Of a stretch of DNA of 64,000 bases, positions 51,681 to 61,740 are shown one piece after another. How positions within the stretch are numbered: the first letter of the stretch is position 1; the number at the start of each line of letters is the position of its first letter. The notes beneath the pieces are model-generated. The model had not been told where the DNA came from. It searched no databases and was given only the letters and a program-made list of their open reading frames with translations. Location: IMG/VR virus record IMGVR_UViG_3300002220_000047; one strand, given 5' to 3'. Made by a program: the position numbers and the translations under genes. The DNA is from an uncultured virus (IMG/VR IMGVR_UViG_3300002220_000047) (taxonomy: Duplodnaviria > Heunggongvirae > Uroviricota > Caudoviricetes).

Positions 51681-51816
51681 TTCCCTCTCCTTGTTGGTCC
51701 GGTTTTATATAGATACCTTGATACTCGTATCATTTTATAGAATTCAACTATTATTAAAGCACAGGATAGTATGACAATTTTCTAATGGCTATAAGATCAT
51801 TCCAGAGGATACGAAT

Positions 51817-53493
51817 ATGGATATCACAGAAAACGACGTAGTCTTATCAGTATTAAATAAAGCTCCATTTCAGATGAAAATAATGAATGTATCAGAAAAA
51901 ATAAAAAAAGAAGGTTTACGCCGAGTTATCTCTACTAGCATATATTCTCCTAATAGTAGAGAGTTTCACCCAAATGGATTATTCAGTGAAGATATATTCG
52001 GAAGAATAACTTCTACTGAAAGATTTACAACTCTAGCATATATTTCTTTAAATACACAAATATTACATCCACAAGTATTCACTTCTCTTATATCGAAAAA
52101 GAAACTATATGAATCTATTATGTCTGGATTCCAGTATGCTAAATTCGATAAAGAAGATAATGATTTTGTAGTAGCTAAACCAGATGATCCTAATGCGGAT
52201 ACTGGTTTTGGTTTCTTTCTAAAATACATTCCTCAGATCAGTAAGAATGAAATTAAATCGGTTAGAAAACAACCAATTAATATTCTTCTAGAGAAATATA
52301 AAGATTCATTAATGATAAAAGAAGTAATAGTTCTTCCAGCAGGAATGAGAGATATTGTAACTGAAGCTGGTCGGTTATCTCAAGATGATATCAATAAAAT
52401 TTATTTATCTATTCTGAGTATTTCTATGGGTCTATCAGAACATGCTTTATCTGAAGATAGACTTTTCGATTCCATTAGATACGCTTTACAGAAGCGAGTT
52501 AATGATGTATTCAATTACATAATGAACTTGATGGAAGGAAAACGCGGTTTCATCCAAGAGCATTATGGTAAACGTAAAGTAGCATTCGGTACTAGAAATG
52601 TTGCATCCGCTGCAATCATGAAAAGTAATACTCCAAATGATCCTTCTACTATTAAGTTCGATGAGACTAAATTACCAATGATGTCAGTGATGAAAGAACT
52701 ACAACCTTTGATGATTCATTTTTTAAAGAATCTTGTATATGGAGAAGTATTTAGTACTGGCGCTACTACAGTCCAAGCAATTGATCCTAAAACACATACA
52801 ATGAAATATATTCAGGTCAGTCCTAAAGAAGTTAGAAAAAGAACTACCTCTAAAGGTATTGAAGATTTAATTAATAAGTTTAAACAAATTAGATTCCGAG
52901 ATAAATCTGTTGCTGTTTTTGATTCGGAAGGAAATGAATATTGGATTTATATGATTTATGATCTAGGTAATCGTGTCTATATGTTTAAGACAATAGAAGA
53001 GCTTCATTCTCTTATGAATAAAATGAATGACACTAATGATATTGATAGTAGTAAAATAAGATCGCTGACTTGGTCAGAAGTTGTTTATATTGGAACTTGT
53101 GTTGTATCGAAAGATAAACACGCATTCATAACTAGATATCCCGCAATTGAAGATGGATCTATATTTCCTAGTAAGATACACGTTCTATCTACTACTCCCG
53201 ATAGAAAAGTAGAAGTTGTTTCATTAGCTCAAACTTTCATTCTTCCTCATTATCCAATTTTAGGTTCTAAGTTTCACGATAGTTTGATGGTTCATCCTTC
53301 TAAATTAGCTGGTCTAGGTATGGATTTCGATGGTGATACTGGATCTATTAATGCTCTTATGGCTGACGATACTAATGAAGAAGTAGCTAATTATTTAAAT
53401 AGCGCTAGGTCTATTATCGACGACAATATGCAATTAAAACTAGGTGAAGGTGCTGGTATTGTAGAATTTGTAGTTTCCAATCTTAGTAAATAA
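51817..53493 (+). CDS. Virion RNA polymerase beta' subunit containing the catalytic loop (phiKZ gp180-like)
   Basis: FHP.GLFS..IFG, V.PAG.RD, GK.GFIQ.....R....GTRNV, TRYP and DFDGD. Confidence 0.93.
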   Translation: MDITENDVVLSVLNKAPFQMKIMNVSEKIKKEGLRRVISTSIYSPNSREFHPNGLFSEDIFGRITSTERFTTLAYISLNTQILHPQVFTSLISKKKLYESIMSGFQYAKFDKEDNDFVVAKPDDPNADTGFGFFLKYIPQISKNEIKSVRKQPINILLEKYKDSLMIKEVIVLPAGMRDIVTEAGRLSQDDINKIYLSILSISMGLSEHALSEDRLFDSIRYALQKRVNDVFNYIMNLMEGKRGFIQEHYGKRKVAFGTRNVASAAIMKSNTPNDPSTIKFDETKLPMMSVMKELQPLMIHFLKNLVYGEVFSTGATTVQAIDPKTHTMKYIQVSPKEVRKRTTSKGIEDLINKFKQIRFRDKSVAVFDSEGNEYWIYMIYDLGNRVYMFKTIEELHSLMNKMNDTNDIDSSKIRSLTWSEVVYIGTCVVSKDKHAFITRYPAIEDGSIFPSKIHVLSTTPDRKVEVVSLAQTFILPHYPILGSKFHDSLMVHPSKLAGLGMDFDGDTGSINALMADDTNEEVANYLNSARSIIDDNMQLKLGEGAGIVEFVVSNLSK

Positions 53494-53502
53494 TATCTTC
53501 GG

Positions 53503-53535
53503 ATACATCAGGGCGCTAAATGCGCCCTGATGTAT
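53503..53535. terminator. Bidirectional terminator
   Basis: ATACATCAGGGCGC-taaat-GCGCCCTGATGTAT between convergent genes. Confidence 0.85.
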
Positions 53536-53543
53536 TTTGTTCT

Positions 53544-55799
53544 TTAATCATATCTTCTAGTTCTAATAACAGAATGAAATTGATTTATATCTACATCTGT
53601 AGGTAATTCAACATGTAACTTTTCTAATGTAAGTGTTGATAAAGAATCTGTATGAGATACTAAATCTTGCGCTAAAGTCAATACATCATCAAAAAGATCA
53701 ATTGTTCCTAGAACATCTAGTGATAATTCACTTTCTCCAAATTTCAAAGAATGGTTAGTTAGATTCAGAGAAGTCTCACCGAATAAATTTACTGGTATCT
53801 TTAACGATGCGAAACCGAAAGAACGTGTAAATTCATCCATCCAGTGGGTATGATTAAAAACACTAGCAGCTAATAATACATGAATATTACCTTTATTATC
53901 TATAAGTGTAGAACCAACCGAAATATTAGATATTTCTATTTCAGAACGAGTGTTTATTAATTTATCTGATATTAAAAGATCACTAAAAGACATTACGTAA
54001 TATTCATAATGATATCCAGAAAATTCTTCACCAGCTAATAGAGAAAATATTAATTTATTATTAATAGTATCAAAAAAGATATCACATCCGACTATAATGT
54101 AAAATCCATCAACAACTACTTCTTTAGATGATATGAGTGTTAGATCGGATGAAAATTTAAATAACTTAGTAGCTCTATATCCATAAGCTACATTTTCACT
54201 ATATGTATATAAATTGTCATTATTGTCTTTAGTTATTTTCTTGAAGTCAGTTACTTTATTAGGAGAAGATGAATTCAATATAGCTAAATTAGAATCTAAT
54301 CTAACGATAAGCCCAGAACCATTTGAGAATGATCCTTCTCCAACAGCTACAAAATTACCATTTGATAATTCTACAATATCTCTAAGAGAACATGTATAAT
54401 TTTCTTCACCGATTATTTTTAAATTAGCTACTTTAGTACTAACGAAATTAAAAGCCATTTTAGCTACAAATGCTTTTTCAATCCCATTCAAATACATAGT
54501 GTGTCCAACAACAACAATATTCAATCCATCGTTAGTAATTATAACTTTATTTAAACTACCTCCGGTAATAAAATCTTTGATTATTACAGAAGAGATTATT
54601 TCTAGATTCTTGTTTAGTATAAGAATTACTGGAAAAGACATCTCTTGTGGTACTGAGATGTCTCCAACTACTATTATTTTCTCTCCATCAGAACTAATAC
54701 ACATACTTTTAAATTCTAATGATTTGAGTAGAGTACCGTGTGCATTCAATATTCCATATTTAACTATTCTTTTTACTTTCTGATTTATATTAGAAATAAT
54801 AATTACTGAATCGCGATTAAATGGTTGTCCTGTTGATATTTGTTCAGCCACTTGATGACCGCAAGAATATATAGAATTATCTCTAATAAATGAATCAGTT
54901 ATGATCGCATCATTAGAACCAAATTCACTCCAGATTCCGAAATCTTCGTTTACATAAAAATTAACAGAAGATTTAATAGCTTCTTCTACGCCATCATTTA
55001 TTGTTATTGAAAATGAGATATTTCTAATAGTAACATCATCTACAGATACTTTAAATATCGGACTACTTACTGACCCGACTTGGGTTATTACTACTCCGGG
55101 ATCAATACATGTCATTTCGAATACGAGATTCGTTTCATTTGAAGAATTTATATATTTTATTTTAGCGTAGTATTCAGTGAAACAAAATAATCCATTAGGA
55201 TTCATTTTCTCACCAGGAAGAACTCTCATATCTACAAGATCTGTACAATCTGGATCTGTAAAGAATTCTAACTTCTCAATATGAAGATTAGTGATCTCCA
55301 TAGCTTCTACGTTAACTTCAAGAAATAGATTCGTTTTTGTTATTGAGTTAGTTATTTTTCCATCATTAACTACAGAGAGAGAATTATTAGGAGCTAGACG
55401 TATATCATAATCTACAACAGCTGCTTTATTTGTAAGTCCTAAAAGTGCAGTATCTTGATTTTCATTAACTATATCTAAGTCATCGAGATCTTCAAGAAAA
55501 TCAACTAATTTTATTCCACTATTAATCAACATTCCATCTTGAGCTATTACTATTTCACCTTCCATTTCTACTGTTGGTTCTATGAATATATTACTTCCAG
55601 CTGAAGTTGTATTTAATAATTCAGTAAGAGTAAAAAGAATGGGCAGATCCTTATATAAAGTCTGCCCATCCCCTAATTTAAATACCCCATTGTCTAAAGC
55701 GAAAACAAGTACACCATCTGTTATTGGTCTAACTGTATCGCTCCAGACATTGGAGGTTCCTTTCGAATATTCGACGATCGCCTTCAATCGTTTAAGCAT
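53544..55799 (-). CDS. Tail fibre/receptor-binding-like protein (Mtd_N-type motif plus propeller-like repeats)
   Basis: GT...W.....I.DG......DNG.FKLGDG.T.Y.DLP; repeated IVVG/FVAVG blades; paralogue of 1-2258. Confidence 0.65.
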   Translation of the reverse strand: MLKRLKAIVEYSKGTSNVWSDTVRPITDGVLVFALDNGVFKLGDGQTLYKDLPILFTLTELLNTTSAGSNIFIEPTVEMEGEIVIAQDGMLINSGIKLVDFLEDLDDLDIVNENQDTALLGLTNKAAVVDYDIRLAPNNSLSVVNDGKITNSITKTNLFLEVNVEAMEITNLHIEKLEFFTDPDCTDLVDMRVLPGEKMNPNGLFCFTEYYAKIKYINSSNETNLVFEMTCIDPGVVITQVGSVSSPIFKVSVDDVTIRNISFSITINDGVEEAIKSSVNFYVNEDFGIWSEFGSNDAIITDSFIRDNSIYSCGHQVAEQISTGQPFNRDSVIIISNINQKVKRIVKYGILNAHGTLLKSLEFKSMCISSDGEKIIVVGDISVPQEMSFPVILILNKNLEIISSVIIKDFITGGSLNKVIITNDGLNIVVVGHTMYLNGIEKAFVAKMAFNFVSTKVANLKIIGEENYTCSLRDIVELSNGNFVAVGEGSFSNGSGLIVRLDSNLAILNSSSPNKVTDFKKITKDNNDNLYTYSENVAYGYRATKLFKFSSDLTLISSKEVVVDGFYIIVGCDIFFDTINNKLIFSLLAGEEFSGYHYEYYVMSFSDLLISDKLINTRSEIEISNISVGSTLIDNKGNIHVLLAASVFNHTHWMDEFTRSFGFASLKIPVNLFGETSLNLTNHSLKFGESELSLDVLGTIDLFDDVLTLAQDLVSHTDSLSTLTLEKLHVELPTDVDINQFHSVIRTRRYD

Positions 55800-57870
55800 A
55801 TTTTACTATCATGTTTTTTATTTTAAATGTACTCGTAGTTACATTATTTTCTTTAGGAATAATAACTACATCTATAGTTTCATCGATGTCTGAAATTATA
55901 TATCTGAAAACAAAATTAACATCACGATAGAAAAATTCTCCATAACCAGAAGATACTTCAGTATCAGAATTATAAGAGCTTAGAATAGTTGTAGCTCGTA
56001 TCGCTGCATCATCAACTTCCTCGACGATATCATCTACTCCAAGAATAAAATTATTAATAGCCACAAACTCAGTTCCGACTTCATTATCAGCAGCGCCACA
56101 CGTTGTGAAATCTAGAGTGGTTCTGGCAATGATTCTATATTTCGTATCAATGACTAATTGATATGCTTCTATCAATTCTACGCTAGGATTCGCTATTAGA
56201 TCAACGATAATCTTATCAATCAAGAGTTTATCTACTGCAGAAAAGAACTGTGGATATGCATCAGTATTATCTAAGACAGTAGGAAAGTCAGGATCGCCAA
56301 AAGGAGTAACCCCAGCTTCTATATCTTTATTAAGAACGATATACATACCTTCGATCATCGGAATGATTTGGGTTTTAGAGGAATAATCGACACCTACAGA
56401 AGACCAGGTTGTAACTCCATCAGGCATCAGAACATCATCGTCTTGAGGAGGAGTATTTGCAGGATCGAAAGGTACTAACAACCAACAAGATTCTTTACCA
56501 CTAAGATCTTCAATAGAAAGAGTTTCCTGAAGAGCCACAGTAAGTTTCATTCCAATCTGAAGAATAACACCTTCATAAGATCCACCAGTATTAGCACGAA
56601 GAAGTCTTAATTTAGGAGTAGCTGCAGATAAAACATTATTAGGAACATTGCTATTTAAACAACGTACTGACATAACGCTATTATTAACATTAATAACATC
56701 TACAGCTACAGAACATTCAAACATCATCTTTGAATATAAAGAAGCTATTCTAAATTTAAATACATCAGATTTAATATAATCAGTAGAACCTTCTACTTGA
56801 TAAAGAGTAGCAATATTCCAGAAATGATCTGTACTATCGATTGCGGATACCTTCTTCAACAAAGAGGTACCGCTACTGATATCACCATAAGACGGTAAAC
56901 CGTTTTGAAGAAGAAGTCGCATTTTTCCCTCCAGACTTTGAAGTTGATCTTTCATTTTTGTAATAACAGGCGATGATCTTAAAGTAGGTGCGGTAATAAA
57001 AGGATTACCAGTAAGGAAATCTACTATAGAATTTATTTTTTCATTAGTAGTGACGATACTGGTGACATCAGTCTGACCACCATATGCCTGATAGTCTATT
57101 TTAACATCACCGACAAATTCAATTAACATCTTTATTGTACTAAACAAACCAGAAGCATTAGCTGAAGTTGATGTTTTTGCAATATCTGCTTCGATTACTT
57201 TATAATCTATATCTTCGGTTAGAACATTTTGAGTAAGATTGTTTTTTACAACGAGAGAGTTTTTAAAGAATGCCCCGTATGTAGGTCTTATGAAAATAAT
57301 ATTATCTAGAGAGTTTACATTATGAATTTCATTAGTAATCATATTAGCCGGATTTGTTCCATCTGGATCGATATCTAAAACTCTAATATCTCCAGTTGCG
57401 ATCGAATAACCTTTTGATCTATAAAGAAGAATTTCACTCAACAATTCTAATCTTCGAGACATATTCGATATTAAAGCTGGAGTAAGTTCAACATGCTGAA
57501 GAGGATCGATGATTGAATAATCAAAAGAATTAGGATATATCTGATTGAATTTCAACTGAATGTGATATTCAGATACAAATGTTTTATTGATAGTAATACT
57601 CTTTAATAATGTTTTATTAAAGGACGCATCAATAGCTTTCATTTTAGACATAGCGTCGTAATTGATATCACTACTCAATATAATAAATTCTGTATTTCTA
57701 ACAAGATTTACAGGAAGACCATCTACCATGATTACTTCTAATTTTTCATTATCGAAAACTGGAATGTCAAACATGATTTTCTGGGTGTTCATGAATACCA
57801 TGCGTTCAACGTCTGTCACATAGAATTCAGGATCAATACCAGTTAAATCGTATGAATAATACATCGACAT
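55792..57870 (-). CDS. Virion structural protein (baseplate/fibre-anchor-like)
   Basis: D.DG.NP.N.I.NE.H, IRP.YGAFFK.S and IDY.AYG motifs; N-half paralogous to 59195-60511. Confidence 0.65.
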   Translation of the reverse strand: MSMYYSYDLTGIDPEFYVTDVERMVFMNTQKIMFDIPVFDNEKLEVIMVDGLPVNLVRNTEFIILSSDINYDAMSKMKAIDASFNKTLLKSITINKTFVSEYHIQLKFNQIYPNSFDYSIIDPLQHVELTPALISNMSRRLELLSEILLYRSKGYSIATGDIRVLDIDPDGTNPANMITNEIHNVNSLDNIIFIRPTYGAFFKNSLVVKNNLTQNVLTEDIDYKVIEADIAKTSTSANASGLFSTIKMLIEFVGDVKIDYQAYGGQTDVTSIVTTNEKINSIVDFLTGNPFITAPTLRSSPVITKMKDQLQSLEGKMRLLLQNGLPSYGDISSGTSLLKKVSAIDSTDHFWNIATLYQVEGSTDYIKSDVFKFRIASLYSKMMFECSVAVDVINVNNSVMSVRCLNSNVPNNVLSAATPKLRLLRANTGGSYEGVILQIGMKLTVALQETLSIEDLSGKESCWLLVPFDPANTPPQDDDVLMPDGVTTWSSVGVDYSSKTQIIPMIEGMYIVLNKDIEAGVTPFGDPDFPTVLDNTDAYPQFFSAVDKLLIDKIIVDLIANPSVELIEAYQLVIDTKYRIIARTTLDFTTCGAADNEVGTEFVAINNFILGVDDIVEEVDDAAIRATTILSSYNSDTEVSSGYGEFFYRDVNFVFRYIISDIDETIDVVIIPKENNVTTSTFKIKNMIVKYA

Positions 57871-57886
57871 GATTTATTATCTCCCG

Positions 57887-58495
57887 CTATGGTTGCTGAA
57901 TTTGAATTATTGTATCTTCGTATGACGCGAGAAGATTTTGTAAATCAGCGATGATTTGCTGTAAAGCTAATTTATCTACATAATGATTAGTTACTCTTGT
58001 CACTAAAGCTTCTCTAGCTTCTTTTATTACTAAGTATTCATCCTGAGACATCCATACTTCTTTAGTGGCATAAATGACAGAAGGATTTGATACACCTATC
58101 ATGGATTCTACGATCTGGTCAACTTCACCTTGAATTGTAGTGAGAGTATCAATTTCTTCGTGAATACCCAAACCAATAGAAATACCTAATTCTAAATATT
58201 TCTGAATACTCGCATTAGGAGTTTCTTTTAATATATGTTCTGGAACATAAATAATATTACTTTCATCAAGTACTGATCTTAGTTTATAGATATTTTCATT
58301 TCGTAAAATAGGAAGATCCGTATCGAAAGTTTCTGTTGGAATTGCTAACTTATCATAAAGATCGGTTTTAATATCGATTCCTAAACCGACCAATTCGGAA
58401 TAAGATAAAACCATTAGTGATGTATATATGCCGTCCAATTCCTCAAACGCAGTTATGAATACGAATTTATATGTGAAGTCTGGTTGAATTCTCAA
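57887..58495 (-). CDS. Hypothetical, probably virion-associated protein
   Basis: AAAGGAGG RBS before TTG at 58495; C-terminal coiled coil. Confidence 0.7.
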   Translation of the reverse strand: MRIQPDFTYKFVFITAFEELDGIYTSLMVLSYSELVGLGIDIKTDLYDKLAIPTETFDTDLPILRNENIYKLRSVLDESNIIYVPEHILKETPNASIQKYLELGISIGLGIHEEIDTLTTIQGEVDQIVESMIGVSNPSVIYATKEVWMSQDEYLVIKEAREALVTRVTNHYVDKLALQQIIADLQNLLASYEDTIIQIQQP

Positions 58496-58561
58496 GGTGT
58501 TACCTCCTTTTAATCTGTTAGTAGACTCATTAGATGATAAATGAATAATACAAAATGTATC

Positions 58562-58591
58562 AGTGAGATGCCTCAATAAGAGGCATCTCAC
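58562..58591. terminator. Terminator hairpin
   Basis: AGTGAGATGCCT-caataag-AGGCATCTCACT. Confidence 0.7.
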
Positions 58592-58603
58592 TAATTGCAC
58601 AAA

Positions 58604-59173
58604 TTAGATTGTTGTAGGATCAATTCCTTTTGATGTCAGAAATGCTATCAAATTCTGACGGATGATCTGAGAATTTTCATTCATAGTTAAAGGATCTTCA
58701 GAATTTATAATAGTGTCTAGTCTATCTTTAGTAATAGAAAATCTCCATTCGCAATATGCATTCACTAATGTCTGAGCTAAAGGTTTCAGTGTATCGACTA
58801 CATATCCATCATCTCCAGTATATGATAATACAGCCATTACTTCAGAATGGCTCATGAAGATCTTTCTGCTGAATACTCCGAAGAACGTTGAGTCATAAAT
58901 GTTTCTTGTTACTCTCATCATTTCTTTCTTTTTCGATTCTACTGAAGCGCTTAACCGACTAGCTTTTTTAGCATCTAGAACTATTTTTTCTTCAGCAGTA
59001 ATTTCTCTTACTTTAATTTTATATTGATTAGTTAGGTCTTCTTCTATAATGTAGTGATCAGCATTTGTATAATCACTATGTATAACGAAAACTGGAAAAT
59101 GATCTTTAGGGAGAAGTTCCGTACTCGAAATCGCATTGATTCTTCTGTTAATGGTATCGACTCTTACAAACAT
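58604..59173 (-). CDS. Hypothetical protein, possible tail-fibre assembly protein
   Basis: GAGGAG RBS; directly downstream of a fibre-like gene. Confidence 0.6.
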   Translation of the reverse strand: MFVRVDTINRRINAISSTELLPKDHFPVFVIHSDYTNADHYIIEEDLTNQYKIKVREITAEEKIVLDAKKASRLSASVESKKKEMMRVTRNIYDSTFFGVFSRKIFMSHSEVMAVLSYTGDDGYVVDTLKPLAQTLVNAYCEWRFSITKDRLDTIINSEDPLTMNENSQIIRQNLIAFLTSKGIDPTTI

Positions 59174-59194
59174 TTTTCAACTCCTCGTGTTTAT

Positions 59195-60499
59195 TTAAGC
59201 GGGTAGTTTGATATCATTTTCAATGACAGCTATTGAGATATTACCAGCATTACCATTTCCAGATATTTTAATTTTATCAGTACCAGCTGCTGTAAATGCT
59301 ATTACTCCAGAAGTCATCTTCCAAGGATGTGTAATGACGAAAGATCCCCAATTTGTTGCTTCTACGATGATTTCCCAATATCCAGTATCTGGTAAATTAG
59401 ATACAGAAAGAGTACATGCTCCATCTGACGTATGTGTAAAATAGTTGGCTTGATCTAAGTTAAAATCGATGTTTCCATTATCGATTCCTAATACATTAGT
59501 TTTACCAATTCCCAAAGGAATAGCATTTCTTAAAATACTAAACTGTCCGATTAAAGAATTAAGAACACTTGAAAGATTCTGAAAAGATGGAGAAGATTTC
59601 AGATTTCCGGAAGTTAACATAGAATTCGTATTCAAAAAAGTAGCCATAGATACTACAATATCTTTCATCGTATTCATCGTAGTTCTAGAAACCGTATCAC
59701 CATATGCGTGGTAATCTATTTCAACTTCTCCAACAAATGCAGTTAGAAATCTTATCGATCTAAAGACTCCAGATGAATTTGCTGACATTGTGGTCAGAGG
59801 AATATCTGAGTCTATGATTTCATAATCTGTATCTAATATAAATAATGTCTGAGCTAGCTTTCTACGGATAACTACTGAATCTTTAAAGAATGCTCCATAC
59901 GAAGGACGAATATATGATATACCTGCAATCGTGTTTATGTTGTGAGTTTCGTCAGTAATTTCATTTGTTTCATTAATCCCATCAATATCAGGTTCTAATA
60001 TTTTTATCGTTTGAGATTCTAAAGAATAGTTTCCATTACTAGATGCCATAACTGATCTGAGCTGTTCTACCTGCAAGGCTAGATTACTTACAAATTCAGT
60101 AGTGGCATCCACTAGTTCTTCGGGATCTACAGAAGACAATGTTACATTATTCGGATATAACTGATTAAACGAAAGACTAACAGAGTAATCAGTCACGAAT
60201 GTTTTTATAATAGTAATGTTTTTTAAAAGAGTAGTATTTCCAAAAGCATTATCTATTACAAGCATTTCGCTAATAGCTTCTTCATCGATATCATCAACAC
60301 CGATTTCCCAATCAACGTCTTTAACCATAAGAACTGGAACATCGCCAGGTACTAATCTATATACTACTAATTCAGCATTATCAAAAACTGGAAATTTAAA
60401 TACTAATTTCTGATTATCTCTAAAAATTCGTTTAATGAGTTCAGTGACATGATAATCCGGAAGTAGTCCGGTTAAATCTGGAGTTCCATAATTTGCCAT
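59195..60499 (-). CDS. Virion structural/fibre-like protein
   Basis: Paralogous N-part to 55792-57870; C-terminal IDFNL..ANYFTHT...CTLS.SNLP....TAAGTD domain of the kind seen in phage fibres. Confidence 0.65.
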   Translation of the reverse strand: MANYGTPDLTGLLPDYHVTELIKRIFRDNQKLVFKFPVFDNAELVVYRLVPGDVPVLMVKDVDWEIGVDDIDEEAISEMLVIDNAFGNTTLLKNITIIKTFVTDYSVSLSFNQLYPNNVTLSSVDPEELVDATTEFVSNLALQVEQLRSVMASSNGNYSLESQTIKILEPDIDGINETNEITDETHNINTIAGISYIRPSYGAFFKDSVVIRRKLAQTLFILDTDYEIIDSDIPLTTMSANSSGVFRSIRFLTAFVGEVEIDYHAYGDTVSRTTMNTMKDIVVSMATFLNTNSMLTSGNLKSSPSFQNLSSVLNSLIGQFSILRNAIPLGIGKTNVLGIDNGNIDFNLDQANYFTHTSDGACTLSVSNLPDTGYWEIIVEATNWGSFVITHPWKMTSGVIAFTAAGTDKIKISGNGNAGNISIAVIENDIKLPA

Positions 60500-60624
60500 A
60501 TCAATCTCCATGAGGATTGTTGTTATTTAAACCTATTCTTATTTCATTTAATGGTAGACCTAATATATTAAACAGAGTAATGAACGCCAGTTTGAGGCGT
60601 TCATTACTTTTAAGAAGCATTTCA

Positions 60625-61656
60625 TTAAAATCCACTAAATGGATCATCGTTATTAGCTGGAGCTTTACTGTAATTATTAGAATTATTATTACCACTATTA
60701 TTTTTAGCAGCCCAGTCTCTTTGACTCATTTTTTTAAGAGCTTCTTTCCAATCGTTTTTCAGAATCAAATACATACGATATCGATCTACACCAAGCTGAT
60801 CAATTATATCTTTAGCCGCAGTTTCGAAATGACTAATGTTATTCCCTAACACTAAAGTCATTTTAGTAGGATCAACACCACGCATTGCATTAAATAAGAT
60901 TCCGTGATTAACCATGAAACTCATTTTCATCATGAACTCTTTAAAGAATTCACCATGGTCGGTTTTATAAAATTCAACTTCTTTGAAATAACCATTATCT
61001 TTAAATACTTTATAAAATCTAACTAGAGATGACTTAGACATTTTGTATCTCGATAGTCTAGTGAAAAGATCTTTGAGAACAATCATTACAAGTATATCAT
61101 CTTTTGAAGACATTCGTGTTTCTTTAAGAGGATTAATTTTCCACGATACTATAGATTTACCTTGAAGTGTCATGATGTCAATAATAAAATATTTTAATTT
61201 ATCTTCTTCATCCATGAGATGAACATCAATAGCTGAATATGATAAGTAATCGATGATAGGTTGAATTGCTAAAGAGTCGGCCAGCCTACTAGTTTTAAAA
61301 TCAATTACCGGTATAACTATTTTCTTAATAAAGAATTTATTTTCTAGACTAATCAATTGATCGAGACAATCTAGAATATCCACTAAAGCTGCACCATATC
61401 GATCTACTGTTTTTATAACTAATAAGATTACTCTGCATTCTTCATTCACTGGAATGATAAATACATTTCCAGGAATAAGAGTTTTCCCAGAATATAATTC
61501 ATCGAATTTTTGATTAAGTTCTGGATATTCTTTACATATTGATAAGAAATAACTATTCTCTCTAATATTATCAACGGCTACTGGAATAACTATATCTTTT
61601 ACATCTATTTCTTTTTTAAGATCTGTGATTGATTTACTCGTATGAACTGTAAGCAT
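60625..61656 (-). CDS. Degenerate macrodomain protein, DarG-like architecture
   Basis: IVIPV, I.K.YPE....F, L.PG.V, IL...KT, I..CL..L, IKKIVIP.I macro pattern; C-domain VEFYKTDHGEF resembles DarG-C F.K..YGP; GAGGA RBS before ATG 61656. Confidence 0.5.
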   Translation of the reverse strand: MLTVHTSKSITDLKKEIDVKDIVIPVAVDNIRENSYFLSICKEYPELNQKFDELYSGKTLIPGNVFIIPVNEECRVILLVIKTVDRYGAALVDILDCLDQLISLENKFFIKKIVIPVIDFKTSRLADSLAIQPIIDYLSYSAIDVHLMDEEDKLKYFIIDIMTLQGKSIVSWKINPLKETRMSSKDDILVMIVLKDLFTRLSRYKMSKSSLVRFYKVFKDNGYFKEVEFYKTDHGEFFKEFMMKMSFMVNHGILFNAMRGVDPTKMTLVLGNNISHFETAAKDIIDQLGVDRYRMYLILKNDWKEALKKMSQRDWAAKNNSGNNNSNNYSKAPANNDDPFSGF

Positions 61657-61740
61657 TGCGTATTCCTCATGATGGTTATTTTTAAAAGAAGTCATTGAAT
61701 TGTATTTAACAATAATTTTAAACCCGGAGAACGTATAAGA

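Noticed and set aside
3899..58591. Long GC-rich inverted repeats as a mobile or REP-like repeat family
   Set aside because: Their sequences differ from one another and they sit right after stop codons, consistent with ordinary intrinsic terminators.
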